Source: Patellaria atrata CBS 101060 (lineage: Eukaryota). From it: a stretch of 64,000 nucleotides of DNA. Positions 1 to 12,934 of this stretch are shown in pieces. Numbering within the stretch: the first letter of the stretch is position 1; each line of letters begins with the position of its first letter. The notes under the pieces are model-generated. The model searched no databases. It was given only the letters and a program-made list of their open reading frames with translations, and was not told where the DNA came from. The stretch lies in the NCBI GenBank assembly GCA_010093705.1, contig MU006098.1, positions 169,981-233,980 on the forward strand, read 5' to 3'. The position numbers were made by a program, and so were the translations under genes.

Positions 1-2086
1 AACCGGAGTACCTGAGATAAATAGGTCCCCACTCAAGAATGTGACTGTTTCTTCATTTGAGAGAGCGATATCTGATGAGCGTGTACTGTCTCAAATAATG
101 CACCCCTCTCATGATCCTGTTGAGGAGCATGAGAAGGACTCACTCGATAGCTCCTCTACGGAAAGGATGGACAGCGCTGACCCGGGTACCGTAGTAACAG
201 GAATGCTTATTGAAGCTTGTAGAACTTTTAGAATGAATCTAGGGAAAGTCCAACTTATGTGAGTAAATTCTCATATGAGATACTGCTATTTTTTTGATCT
301 AGTCGCGCTGGATTATCGCTAAGAGGGGATCCTTTCATTAATATGGGCCTAGCCACGAATGAAGAAATGCCATCGTTGATATTGTGGTTTTACTACTCAC
401 TGGAGATATTCTGCTGACTGGCTTGCGCCTGCTAGGATCGATAGATATTTCGAGAATATGACATCCTTCTCTTTGTTTCGTCGACCAGCTTTCGACACAA
501 AACTCCAAGGGATCAAAACCCAACGTCATGCAGAGGCGCTCCTAGCTGCAATGTTTTCGTTCTCCGCACGTTTCTGTAGTGATGCTGAACTCAGACGGAC
601 AGGTGATGAGACAATGCCAGCTACCGAATACTTTCACAAGCTTGCGAAGATAATGCTAGACAGTTGTCTGGATAGTTTCGTAGAAGATACACCCCCTTTA
701 TGTCTGCTACAAGCTTTAATTCTCTTAACCTTCCAACAGTTGATCGACGGAGTGCGAGGGCGAGCTTGGAGATCTCTCGGGACTTGTGTCCGGATTGCCC
801 ATGAGCATAGCCTACATCTCATTGATCTGGAACGGAGTAAGAAATCTGGTGTTGATCTTGACGTATCGCAATGGATCTTGGATGAAGAGCGGAGAAGAGC
901 TTGGTGGGTCATCTGGGAATTTGACGTCTTCGCTAGTACAGTCAGGAAACTACCTACAGCTATCGACTGGGCTCAGAATAATACCTGGCTTCCGGTGGAT
1001 GATGAGGCCTGGTATGCCGGAATCTACCGACCAAGTTGCGTTTTGGCAATAGATCCAGCCATCCGATGGAAACAACTAGAGAGCAGTGGAAATCAGAGCG
1101 CTAAAGCGTGGTTTATCGTGGTAAATTCACTCATGCGAAGCGCCCAACTCGTATCATATCCGCAGTTCTTTTCGCATTCCAGTCGGATAATGTTAGACTT
1201 GGAGAGTCAAAGACCATCCGCTGAAGGGATTACTCTATTACCAGAACTCACAGATACCGCTCAAATGGACCTGGATATACTGGCCAACTCACTTTGCTGC
1301 GTCATCATTGCTCTACCACCTGGTTTAGCTTTCAGGGGCGAAGCACTCAACTTCGCTTACTATCAAACCGCTCCAGTTCTTCCGAACTCTTATCAACAAG
1401 CATTTGACACGTACAGTTTGCACATAATGATTCAACTTACGCGCTTTATGATATACCACAACCACGTATCACGCCTCTCATGTAACAACACCTCGGTCTC
1501 TACTCCCGGTTCCTCACAATCACTCGGAACATCGCCCACCATCAATTCGGCGCCACCAAAAACTATCTCACCTTCCGCGCGTGCAGCATGGAATCACTAT
1601 CTTACGGCAGCATCTGAGATTGTATCTCTCCTACGATCATCTCCCCCCTCGCACGTACAACACGTAAATCCCTTTCTCGGAAGCACCATCTGGCTTACCG
1701 CCGCCACCCAGGTCGTATACCGATTTTTCGACCCCCCTGCGCATCAACGCCGAGCAATAGACTCAAATCTGGACCTTCTACGCCTGACCTTCAACCGCTA
1801 CGTAGCCTTCTGGAACATTTCAAAGGCGTTACAGGAGAACTTAGAAGGTGTGGAAAGGAAGCTAGAGCGATTGCGGCGTCACGAGCAGAAAGTCCAGACG
1901 GAGCAGAAGAAGGATGAGCAGGTGCCCTTGGGAATTGATGGAATGATGTATGGAACTGGTACGACTAATTGGACTCCGGGCATGGCTTGGAATCTTAATT
2001 CGAGCATTTTTGAGCTCCCGGATCCTGCTGGTAATGCGATGGATTATTTGGGGTTCGATATGGATGAACTGTTTTCCTACAATTGA
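1..2086 (+). CDS. Fungal-specific transcription factor (Fungal_trans middle-homology domain; Zn2Cys6 domain presumably upstream of the window), 5'-partial
   Basis: ORF 458-2086 has 'LCLLQALILLTF...RAWRSLGTCVRIAHEHSLHLID...EERRRAWWVIWEFDVFAS', typical of Fungal_trans. Upstream exons join via introns 259-302 (GTGAGT..TAG) and ~384-435 (GCTGAC branch), giving 'LIDRYFENMTSFSLFRRPAF'. Confidence 0.85.
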
Positions 2087-3850
2087 CCGGAATTGCGAGG
2101 TACATATTAATCATCATACTTGGAAGGTATTAAGATAAGGCTGGAATGAAGAACACGGAAATTAGTTCTAGACGCTTCCTAGCCGGCGGCTTATTTCGCC
2201 CTCATGTGTCGGCTATCAGTCAATTGAGTGGATTGTATCGATTGTACCAGGTGCTGGACAGCATGGACCCGTGCCTCCCAACCCACGACTTCAGAGCAAT
2301 CAAGCACCAAACTTGGACAATTCCCCCCCGGTTGAAAACACTCAGTTGGTGTACAGTTGTACAGTACTCAGCACACTAGCCTATGATAGCATATAAAGCT
2401 ACCCCTTGGTTTACTACTCCCACATATACGCACTACAATACGTCTACAGATCCAGTGTCCACCCCGACCCTTCCGTACAGTCCGAACAATCTGTACTGTA
2501 CAACCCGTCCTCTATAAAATCCGGACAATCCATACAGTCCAACCCGTTGTACGGCTCACTCTGTCAAGGCTCAACCTTAGATGTACATGAAGTTTAAACT
2601 TAAGGAAAGAAAGTGTTGAGATAGCATATGCTGTTCTACTAAAGTACAGTATGACTAAACCGCTGGATCATCCAAGGCACTTATACCCGTGACACACTCA
2701 GCTTACACAGTTCCGTCAGCTTGGCGAAGTCGGTCAGCTTGAGCATTTGCCCATCTTGTGAAAATCTATCAACCGTACAGTACTGTACAAACTCACCGTC
2801 GACGTGATATAGGTAGACGTGCACAGTGGGATCTAAAGCGCTTGGAAGCAGTCGTGCGGTGAGTACGGACCACGACACAGTAGAGGGTTGGCGATGTTCG
2901 TTTTTTTTATGGTACAGTGATAACTAGCATGTACTTCTAAGGTCCTCGCCCTTGTGCGATAACACGCGGTATGATAGGGCGCCTGGGTTATCGATCGATA
3001 TCGTTGTGTCGTCGTCAGATAAGTGCGTCTTTATCAGGTTTTCTCGAACAATTATGGAAGACTGTTGTGTCAATTTGAGAGAGGGGGGAGTAGGTTCGAC
3101 CACTCTCGAGTCTGGGCTTTGCGGTTTGATAAGGTAGTCTGTCATTACTTCAACGATAACTATCTCTCTTCTTGAAACTTCAAAGCGTGTTAGATAGTAA
3201 ATTATTACACATATCCCACTCCTCTCCCTCCGGTACCTCCCCCCTTCACCCATCAACTCTTCTATCCTTATTTTCATATCAGATAATCCCTTCCCCTAAA
3301 CCTAAAAACGAGCCATTGTTCTCGGAGCCGCAGTGCTAGAAGAAAGGTGATTCTACGATATGCTAGCGTAGTTGTAGCTACTACTGAAATCCCACACGGC
3401 ATCCACAACCTACGAAATAGAACATATTTCATCCTCTACAACCTGCGGAAAGATGTCGGATTCTGGGTTACGGTCCCGGGGAGGGGTGGGGGGTGGTATA
3501 GTGCTACATCGGGTATCGAACTTACCCCTTCCCTTCTAGACAGCTCATTATCGTCGAGCTCGGGATGTGAGCTTTGATTTGGATTTGGATTTGGGTGTTG
3601 AGGTTAGGGCACCTGTCGGGGAATTTTGCACTGAGTTGGGATTGGATTGAAGATATGGGTTCACTAGCACTGGTTAGAATCGAGCTAGACACCGCCATCC
3701 AGGTTCGTTCAGGATATGAGTTGAGTTACGGGTACAATCTGACCCCCGGTTTGCCGGAGGGGAGGTGGGATTTGGATGCTATCAATATATCCTTGTCTAA
3801 TACTGCTTAACTTTGTACTTGGCCACACCGCGGTATTTACTGTGAAAAAA

Positions 3851-4500
3851 GTCATATTCGACACCCTTGGGGTTGAAAGGTCCAATGAGTTCCTTGGGCA
3901 TCTTGGAGGAGCTGGCTGTATCTCTAAAGAAGGGACCAGAGTCTAGATCAAATTAACGCTTGCTAGAATAGTCTCAATAGATTCCGCCATTAGAGAAAGC
4001 AGGCGTGTATCTAGCTTTCAAACTCGGGGGATGCGAGGAAAGGTGTTGGGAAACAAAGTGTGACGAACCCTGTGGATTGTTTTAAGCTGCCGCAAAAGTG
4101 GCATGGGAGTGTCGATAGGCGTGATATCATTCAAGATACGGGATATATGGAAGTCCGGATGAGTATGATGCCTTCAAGTTTCTACCGCGGAAGATAAAGA
4201 TCCGGCAGAACTGTGCACGTTGAAAGGAATTGGTATGATGACGACCAGCGATACATTTCTGAGCGTTTAGACATTGGTAATGGTGAGAGACTCCCGAACT
4301 TTCCTTACTCTACCAGGGGGGGAATTGCTATTGAGATACTTACAAAAGAAAAATAGTCCTGGACAGTTGCAGATACTACTTGTCTATGGTTTCATGAACT
4401 ACGGGATCGAGACGTTACAGATTCGATCCGCTAATACATGATTTGGGCCGAGAGTAATTCCAACAATGATAAAATGTATTCGGGTTCTACGGACGCTAGT
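3851..4500 (+). pseudogene. Degenerate C-terminal part of a cytochrome P450 (ent-kaurene-oxidase-like group)
   Basis: Manual translation across stops and frameshifts: 'LARIVSIDSAIRESRRVSSFQTRG' (ExxR motif, 3980-4006), 'VTNP', 'IYGSPDEYDAFKF' (PERF-equivalent region), 'MTTSDTFL..FRH', then 'PG..LQILLVYGFMNYGIETLQIRSANT*FGPRVIPTMIKCIRV'. Motifs are in P450 order. Confidence 0.75.
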
Positions 4501-7500
4501 CGTAGCTCAGCTTGAATCGACCTTACAGAACATCTATAGATATGTCCAGTACAGAGAATTTTCTTTCTTCTAACGAATATATTGCTTTGGGGAGGGCTTT
4601 CGTGTTTCAATGAAGTGTAGGGTGGTTTTACAGGAGAGAAGTGACGGTGTCGCTTACATGTAAGCTTGTGATGGAAATTCGGCTTTCAAGACGTCCGAGG
4701 CTCCCATAGGGGATGTTTTGAGGCTGTTTGTATCGATAATCTTGCTCATTCTAGGAGTTGCTCATTATCGATTTCTTTGTTGTCCATTTTCAGATATTAG
4801 TGGTTAGGTTCCTAATCTGAGGAAGGTGGCGGGAGAAATAAGGAGGTGGTCCTATGTGCTTCCAAATATCATTAGGGTATGGTTACCTTTTCGCTCATAG
4901 AATTACTTCATTCGTTAATCAGAGTCTGTTTGACACAAACCTACGCCACCGCATGCAAGCCACCCATCGGGGTTTTATTCTTTGATCCTAAAGCGTGGGG
5001 TACGGCTGCCAAACGGGCTTGTCATACGTTGCGATGGATATATGTAGCGGTGTACAGGACATAACCATAGAAACTCCCAAGAACACTGGTTTTGTCGAAA
5101 CCAGGGATGTCTGCGTACAATGGAAACCAGTCACCAAGAGAGAGTAGTACACTTTACTGCTCCGCATGTCACATTCCAGGTGATCTGTAGCTTCATCCAT
5201 GTCATATCTTTTTCTTGAACGGGGTTACGCTAGACTGGCGCATTGACCCATGCATTGTAGGACGTCTAGCCCTTCCGAAGGTTACAGGTTTCAATTATGC
5301 GTCCGTATAAGCTGAGATCTTATAAGTGTTGAGAACCGGTTCGGTTAGCCGTATGCACGCTGCCGACTGACGCCATATTCGTTTGCGAAGCTGGAAGCGG
5401 GCAGAACGAACGGGTACTGGCTTCGATCATCGACCCAAATCTTAGACGTGTATTGGAGTTCGTGGAATCAATATTTCAGAACCTGGTAGCTGGGATTGGA
5501 AGCTTTTTTGGGCCAGATTGAGTGGATTTCCGAGAATCAAACACAAGAGTACCCGTATAAGAATCTAGCGGTTCGAGTAACGAAACACAGATCCTCATGG
5601 ACAGGATTACACCTGATCGATTGGTAGGCCGTAAATGGATCGATTTGTGCGAGTAAGTAGACCGTCGCCCTACAATAAGCAAACAGTGCGTTCGGTCTAG
5701 AATAGGGGGTACACCGTTTACTCTCACCAAATCCAGGTAGGAATACGTAGAAGAGGATCGACGACGACCGACGGGACCAATCTAAGACATATCGACCATG
5801 ATTTGCGGATCGCCAGGGGAATTCCGGAGAAATGTGTCAAACAAGGTAAATGTAATATGGAGAACGGTGAGTAGTAGCTGAGATGCAGCTCAGATACGTC
5901 AAAGTAAAGATTAGGAAGGATGCAACGTCGCTCAAGTGTCCAAGCCACGCTTGTATCTCCAGAAAGTCGATGTATCGCTTTCCACTGCTATTTTCAGGAT
6001 GGACCTCCGGGAAGAGAATCAGCTGAGATGATATTGTTCAGTAGAACGAAGCTCGGGTACTGTACTGTACAACGATTTCCGGGCCGATAACATCATTGCC
6101 CGTTTGACACCGAGGCAAAAGTTAGGTACTCTGAAAATCCGGAGATGGAGGGGCAAGACGGGCAATTAATGTACCAAGTCCGGTGTTACCCAGCTGAAGT
6201 TGTATCAGTTATACAGGCCAAGCTTGGAAGGAACGCAAGAAGGCAAGAACGACACCTTGACGGAGGTGGTGCGTTACTGCACCTAACGGCTACTGAAGTG
6301 TACCTGGACTCCTGGACTCCCTGACGCCTAGGTTGTCAAACTTGTCTCCACATTCCACGTGTCGGAAGCATCAGATCTTAATTTTAGATCCCTTATCTAG
6401 AATCCAATAGGCTGGGATGCCGATGAGTATGCAGACCTCGCTGCAACTCTTTGCTGACACCCGTCACAGCCAAAACGGTGCCAAAAGCTCTCCCCGCAAG
6501 CGACAGAAGGACCGGAGCATCTTTGAAAACAGGAAAATGACTCGAAAAGGTTTGAAGAAGAAAATTCAGAACTTAGGGACTCATGAGATATATGCTTAGC
6601 TTCATACTATCGCCTTAAGCTTTGTTACTATTCATTTACAAACGACGATAGACCTTGAAAGAGAGAGGAGGCTTGCTTATGGTATGACTGACATTCTTAA
6701 GGCCTTAACGGTGCTCCGATGAGCCGCTCGGACTGAACCCGAAAGCAAATCCTCGTCAATGTCCATCAATCATTATTTATACGAGCTCTTGTAGGATGCG
6801 AAAATGAGAGCTCGTGAGGCTTGAGTAGAGCGGTTGAAATGTTTCTGCCGATAACAGCGGAAACCCTGATAGTAAATTTTTTTTCATCTGAAATTTGTTA
6901 AGGGTATCTGTCCAATCGTCCAGTGCTATCGATAACTCTCATGGTACGCTTTGATATAGCAAAACGTCTTTCGAACTCGAACCGTTTGCGTAAAGGCTAA
7001 CTAGTTATGATTCCGCATTCCAGGTTCATATGATGATATCGATTCAAGTGGCTGGATCAATGCCTGTTTTTCTCATACAGGCAGCATAAAAGCTGGGGTA
7101 AAACGAGCTCCAGCTTTCGGACATACAAGCCATGCATACGATGATCCGGGTTCTGTACAGGCAAAAAGCAGAAATTTCAACGCCATGAATTATCGAAAAT
7201 CAAAACCCTGTGATACGCAGCTTCAAAACCGATTCGACGTGGAGCATGAACCCCGTCATTATTGCAGTCCGGTCTGCTGCAAACTGCTGCGGGTGTTCTT
7301 ATCGTCTGATTGCGGATGGCTTGTCTATCATGCATCCATGAAGCGAGTCACCAACAACGTCGGCTCGTCGTAATAAGTCATAATCAGGTGAGGCGCCTGA
7401 TGTTTGTAAAGGAGCTGGCTATGTGTGACAATCCTTAATCTTTTTTGTTTCTAAGAAACTCCTCTCCTTTGAGGAACTGAGGTGCTGCTGTTTTGGAGAC

Positions 7501-10218
7501 TTTTTCTCATTCTGTGGGATTGGTTCAGCAAGTCCATAGATCTGATATTTTACACCCAATGAGGAAAAAGAATATTAACCAGAGGCTTAATATTTTGGGT
7601 AAATGTTCAGGTCGACAACGACAATTTTGAAACGCGAACCGGGCCAAGATTACCAGAATCTGAAGACCTTCCAGAAGCATTAACCGATGGCGAGTAATGT
7701 CTCTGGTACTAAAAGTACATAGTCCGATCGGACCTCCGTCTGATTCGCAGACGGTTAAGCCAACAGGAGTTTGTGTAAAGTAAATAGCGACCGGACAGCA
7801 TGATTCTACATCCTCCGGAGCTCACCATATCATTCCTTCTTGCCCTTCTTTTGCGAATTTGCAGTATGCAGGGTCTCCATAGCAACCTAAGCCTGATGTT
7901 TCTGAATCACACTGGCCGCAGCGGTTGACCTCCCACGGGCTCCCACGTTGTCAGTTGGGGCACCGCCTATCGAGCGCAAGGACCCGCGCAGATTTTTTGC
8001 TTTTGGAAAAGAAACGCGATCCGTCCACTCTGATAGGAAGATAAGACGCTGAAAAGAAAAGAGAGAACCCACTCCTGAGAGGATTTCAGGATACCGTGAG
8101 TGTGGAAACACTTCCCAGCACCGCAGCTGTGGACTTGCTCACTGGCTGACGGGACGTTGGGCTTGTGAGATTGTGATTTGGAGATCATCTTTTAAGGTGT
8201 CCATCGGGGAAGCTGATCCCGACGCTTAGAAGGAGATTTTGGCACACGGTATGTGGGTATCTGGCGTTAATTCTAAGATTCTTAAGATTCTAGCTTGGAG
8301 GGGATTGATTCAGCTAGAATCAGCTAAGGCATCATCCCGACCGCCTATCCTCATCTATTTCTGTTGAGAAGATGCTGATGCTCACCTCAGGAAAGTAATA
8401 AGTCAGGTAAGTGTCGCGGTTACTCAGTCATTGTCTGACACGTAGACGAGCATCACACCTCACCGTGCGGCGTGCGGCGTCTGCAGCGTATCACTAAGTC
8501 TGATTTGCGTCAGTCAGAGAGGGTAATGAAACGAAAATGATTTGAATTAGGCGACTGCAAAGATACGTTGTCTCTGGCAATTAATTGATATGTGCCGCCA
8601 AAGAAAAAAGTGGCGGCCGATCAGAGGTTACGGAAAAGAGCGTTGTAATTTGGCTGGCTATCCTTGAGGGCTTGTGATATGGCGGATTAGCCCCCGTCGC
8701 GGGAAGGCTGTACCTGCATCCGTTGATCATCTACCAACAAATGCAGCAACGTTGAGCGTGGTGGGCTATAATTACAAGTACAGTACATACGAGGTACTAC
8801 TGTATCGAGGGAGGTGGAGTGGAGGGGACTATCGAAGGAGGTAGTGGGGTCGACGCAAAGCTGGCTTATTTGCATGATTCCACAGACTGACAGAAGAGTA
8901 CTAGAATACGGTAACAGTATTCCATAGAAATGATAGAATTCATAATGATTAGTGACACGTTAAGGAAAAACGATAATTATGGAATATGGGATGTGATGAA
9001 GCCGGTAAAGTAGCGACTAGTAAGCTGTAGGCGCGTTGAAGGGGGGGGGATACGGGACCCAGTTGCCTCAGTAGGCCATACGGGTGGCTTCTTTCCTTCT
9101 GCGGTTGTTCTAGCGGGCGGGTTTTAGCCTTGGGCTGCAGGTACAAGTCAGGGGTTGCTGGCAAGCCCGTTGTGTCGGGTAGGATGGCTCCCTATGCCGT
9201 GTAGATCCTGGTAATTAGGGCTCCCTGATGGCTCCTTTGATGGAAGATGCCAGCAGTCCCAGCAACCGGCTAGGATGATAACCAGTGTTAACCAGTACGG
9301 CTCATAGCGGCCACGAAAGTTACCAGAACTGGTTCAGAAACAGGCCTCAGGAGGTCAAAGCAGGTCAAGCTCATCCAAAAGGCTCTCAGCCCGGCTCACC
9401 ATGCCCGGCCGCTTGTGTTTCAAACTGTCTTCCGCGAAAGAGCAAGAAAAGGGCACAGACAGGGGATAGAAGCCGTCGGTTGAGCTTCACGTCACTTTTG
9501 CCCAAATTTCATTTCCCAGTTCAATTCTTTTTTGGCGGCCATGTTTCTTCCCCCCTTTAACCTAACTCTTAGCCAGGAACACAGGGCACATTTTTCGTTG
9601 ATATTTATATTCCTCTCTCTCCCTTGGAAACTTGGATTGAATTCTCCTGGTGCTTGACTTTTCTTCCAACGTTCACACTCTACCTTACCTTGACCTCGAT
9701 AGTCACACGCCTTACAAAGACCCCTGCTACCTTAAGGCTATCCCGTTCAATATCTCTGCCTTACACCTTTGCCTTAGGACCTGGAAATCATATAGCCTCG
9801 GCCTACTTGCATACAACCTACTGCATAGGCGATCTACCGAAATACTTCGAGGCCCTAATTACCACGCATCTGCTGCAGGCGGAAATTATAAGCTCTTACA
9901 CACCATTCCGTACATACCACCCATTATCCATTAAGGATTTTAGGATTCCGACACTTCCCCTCACCTCCATTTAATCATTTGCTTTTTTTGGGCGGACAAT
10001 CCACATCTCCCATCTTACAATCCGGACATCGGACTTCTTTGAGCAGTGCTTTCACAAGCCTCAGCTCTAGCTGCTTTTAATAGTAGCAGTCATCTATCAA
10101 TCCTACAAACTCGTCTGTGAGTCATAGAATGCGCCCTTAATAAGCTGACTGCGTTCTGGGATCATATCAACTAACGGGGTATTTATTAGAAGCACTGCAT
10201 TCCCATCCGTCCACCACT

Positions 10219-10320
10219 ATGATCACTCGGGACGCAACCACAAACATGAACATGGGTCGTGGTGCATACGACACAACCGGCACTCCCAAGCCTCCTCCGC
10301 CGCCCCCAAAGCGCCGATAG
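10219..10320 (+). CDS. Putative 33-aa Pro-rich microprotein MITRDATTNMNMGRGAYDTTGTPKPPPPPPKRR (later in-frame Mets possible)
   Basis: ATG at 10219, TAG at 10318-10320. Flanked by canonical introns at 10117-10189 (GTGAGT..CTAAC..TAG) and 10421-10509 (GTGGGT..CTGAC..CAG). No longer convincing ORF nearby. Confidence 0.6.
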   Translation: MITRDATTNMNMGRGAYDTTGTPKPPPPPPKRR

Positions 10321-11753
10321 CATTCTGTCATTGCTATCACACCATCAAAAACAAACCTGTCGCAGGCGCACTGGCAGTAATTTCCCACAGGTCAAATCGA
10401 GGGTTGACGAGGTCGCGCAGGTGGGTTTCCTCAAACATCAGAGGGTACCTCGAAAGAGTACCTTGTACTATCCAGTCTAAGCAATATCACATTCTGACTA
10501 AGCATCCAGAGCTATCCAGTTCAATCCGATTCCGTTGTACCCTTGTATCCGACAGCTCCGCATTCACACACACTACACCGAATATCACATCACATCAAAA
10601 ATTACGTCTGCTTCTCAACACCACCAACTATCAACCTAAGATATTTTAATCGAGCGACAATTCTTCGACTTTCTGCGGCATGTTTAATACCCCTTCAGCG
10701 ATTATTCAAGCGCATTTTCCTTTTCCAAGGCATCGGTCGGCACTGTATCATTAACCTTTCTCGCGACAAGTTTTTCAGCGAACGATTCCTCCTTGCTTCA
10801 TTTTCCACCACTTATAAGCGGCGGGTCTTCAACAAAAGTCATTTTTGGCGTTACTAGATTATGGAAGCTCAGGCACAGGGATACCAAAAATTCGGATTTC
10901 ATACAGGGGGACATTCATCGGATAGACATATTTTCAATTCGCGGCTCACGCTGCAAAACACAGGGCTTAGGTTCTTGTACGATAAGCCCGGAGCTGGGAA
11001 AGTTTGCGTCGGGTTTATGGCATGCGGCGCAAACCCATTTCATCATCGGGAACGGATATCAAAAGTGTAGACGGGAGCGGTCAATTTCAATCGCTCGCTT
11101 TTGATTACTTCGATTAGAGCTTGAGGCTTTAGATCTGGTTCTGTGTATCGTTAGACAGTAGATTTTAGCGGATCAACTTCGCAGTAATCAATGGATTTTC
11201 ATACGGTATCCACTATTCCCGAAGACAACTTTTTTGATATATTGAGAATCTTTCGTCTTCTGCAAGGCGGTCATACAAGACTTGTCTCCCTGGCGAGGTT
11301 AGGTGTTTCCTTCACGTCACTTTCCATCCCATACAGGTCTCTCCCGTCCACCCTATCTTCGTTTGCAACTCTGTGTGTGTGCCTTTGTGTAGTTCCTCGC
11401 GTAAAGAGCATTTCTGTTTGTTCACCTCCGATCATCTTGAACCTTGCTTGCACCACTGATGGCTTCACGCCTCCAAGTTAGGAAATTTTATCTTGGCACT
11501 CCACCTTCCCGCAGATTGTAAGCCGCAAAGCCAAAAGCACCCACGCTTGTCCCACCATGAACGTCGCTCCCCTCCCCGGATTTGGTCAACGACGACCTCA
11601 CTTCCTATTGCTTTCGGCTCCAAAATCAACCCACTACCAAAACAATATTTCCAGGACGCCACTGAGTTGTAGCTCCTCATCGCATTCGTAAAGCTTTCAC
11701 TTTGATTTTCTGTACCGCATTGCCCCCGCAAAGAGGAGAGAATTCAAGCCACA

Positions 11754-12934
11754 ATGTCACTCCAAAATTGGCGTACAATTAACGTAGACGCCCTGGATCC
11801 GGACTCGCCTGCCAATTTCGATCTATCCACACTTACACCAGCAGTCAATCCAGTGTCCACCTCCGACGTTCAGAGTCTACAGAACCAGATACGGCAATTA
11901 CTACGAGGAGGCGATAGTGAGGGAGCGCTCAGAGGGGCCTTGGAAAATGTACCATATGGAGCAGATGACAGAGGAAAGGTAGATGAACACTTTATTGGGT
12001 TGGAAAGACACTTGGATGCAACACTTTACTATTACATTGACGATACTACTTCGGCCTCTCCGTTGTTGAGTCAAAGGTGGAACGCCTTCGTTAGGCAGCA
12101 TAGCTGACGAGTACGTATACAGGAAATCCACCTTGCAACCGTCATCGAAATCTTGCAATCCATACGGCAGTCAGAGATGTCACCTATATTGAGTCGAATA
12201 TATCAATCTGAAGGGGGAACAGAAGTATTGGATGCACTCATGAAATACATGTAGGTCGCTAGTCGTAATTTGGACGAGTCATACTATCTATGGCTTCCTA
12301 TCATATCAATCCGACCGCTCAGCCGTCGAAACGCGAATCCTCACATACGTGAAACGGCTTCATTCAAAGCTAATATATTTCTACGCGAGCAGTTACAAGG
12401 GTATGGCTCAGAGTACTCATGCCCAATCAGCAAAACAGGTCCAGCCTCAATCAACAGGTTTCTCACAAATTCACTCAAGAGGTGGTGGCGAAGGTGGTGG
12501 CCAGGCGATGAGTGTACTCTTGAGTTGGCATGAGAAGGTAAGTAATTCCCGCACATCCGTATAATCCCTCATCTATATCGTCGAGTCTATTTGCAATAAC
12601 CATACCCTTTCTCTTTCCTCGGGTTCACGTGGCCGTATTCCGCATGACGTCGTAGTTTACCATTCCACACTCCTCCTTACACATTGCCCCACAAACTCAT
12701 TCTTCTTATGGGATTCTTTTGTATCTCTGTTACTCATATCTTGCATCTGTTCTTAGTCTCATCTTGTAAGACCTACCTACTGCGCACAATCTTTGTGCCA
12801 CAGATACATAACTATTCTTCGCGCACATTTCAGAGTACGTGGAAACGGACCCAGCTAACATGATACTTCAGCTTGTAGAGATCGCTGGTCCAGGTAGCAT
12901 AGTCCGGGTGATGTCGGACCGTAGAACAGTCTGA
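11754..12934 (+). CDS. ARC15: ARP2/3 complex subunit 5 (p16-Arc, ARPC5)
   Basis: Exons 11754-11978, 12123-12250, 12393-12537 and 12872-12934 splice in frame: 'MSLQNWRTINVDALDP...ALRGALENVPYG..EIHLATVIEILQSIRQSEM..DALMKYIYKGM..MSVLLSWHEKLVEIAGPGSIVRVMSDRRTV*'. Confidence 0.95.

Noticed and set aside
9285..11731. Cluster of 70-116-aa ORFs upstream of ARC15
   Set aside because: They overlap, mostly start at non-ATG codons, have UTR-like composition and show no recognisable motifs. The 33-aa ORF with flanking introns explains the locus better.
12538..12871. Long ARC15 intron 3 as a snoRNA host
   Set aside because: I could not identify a convincing C/D or H/ACA box arrangement by eye; an Infernal/Rfam scan would be needed.
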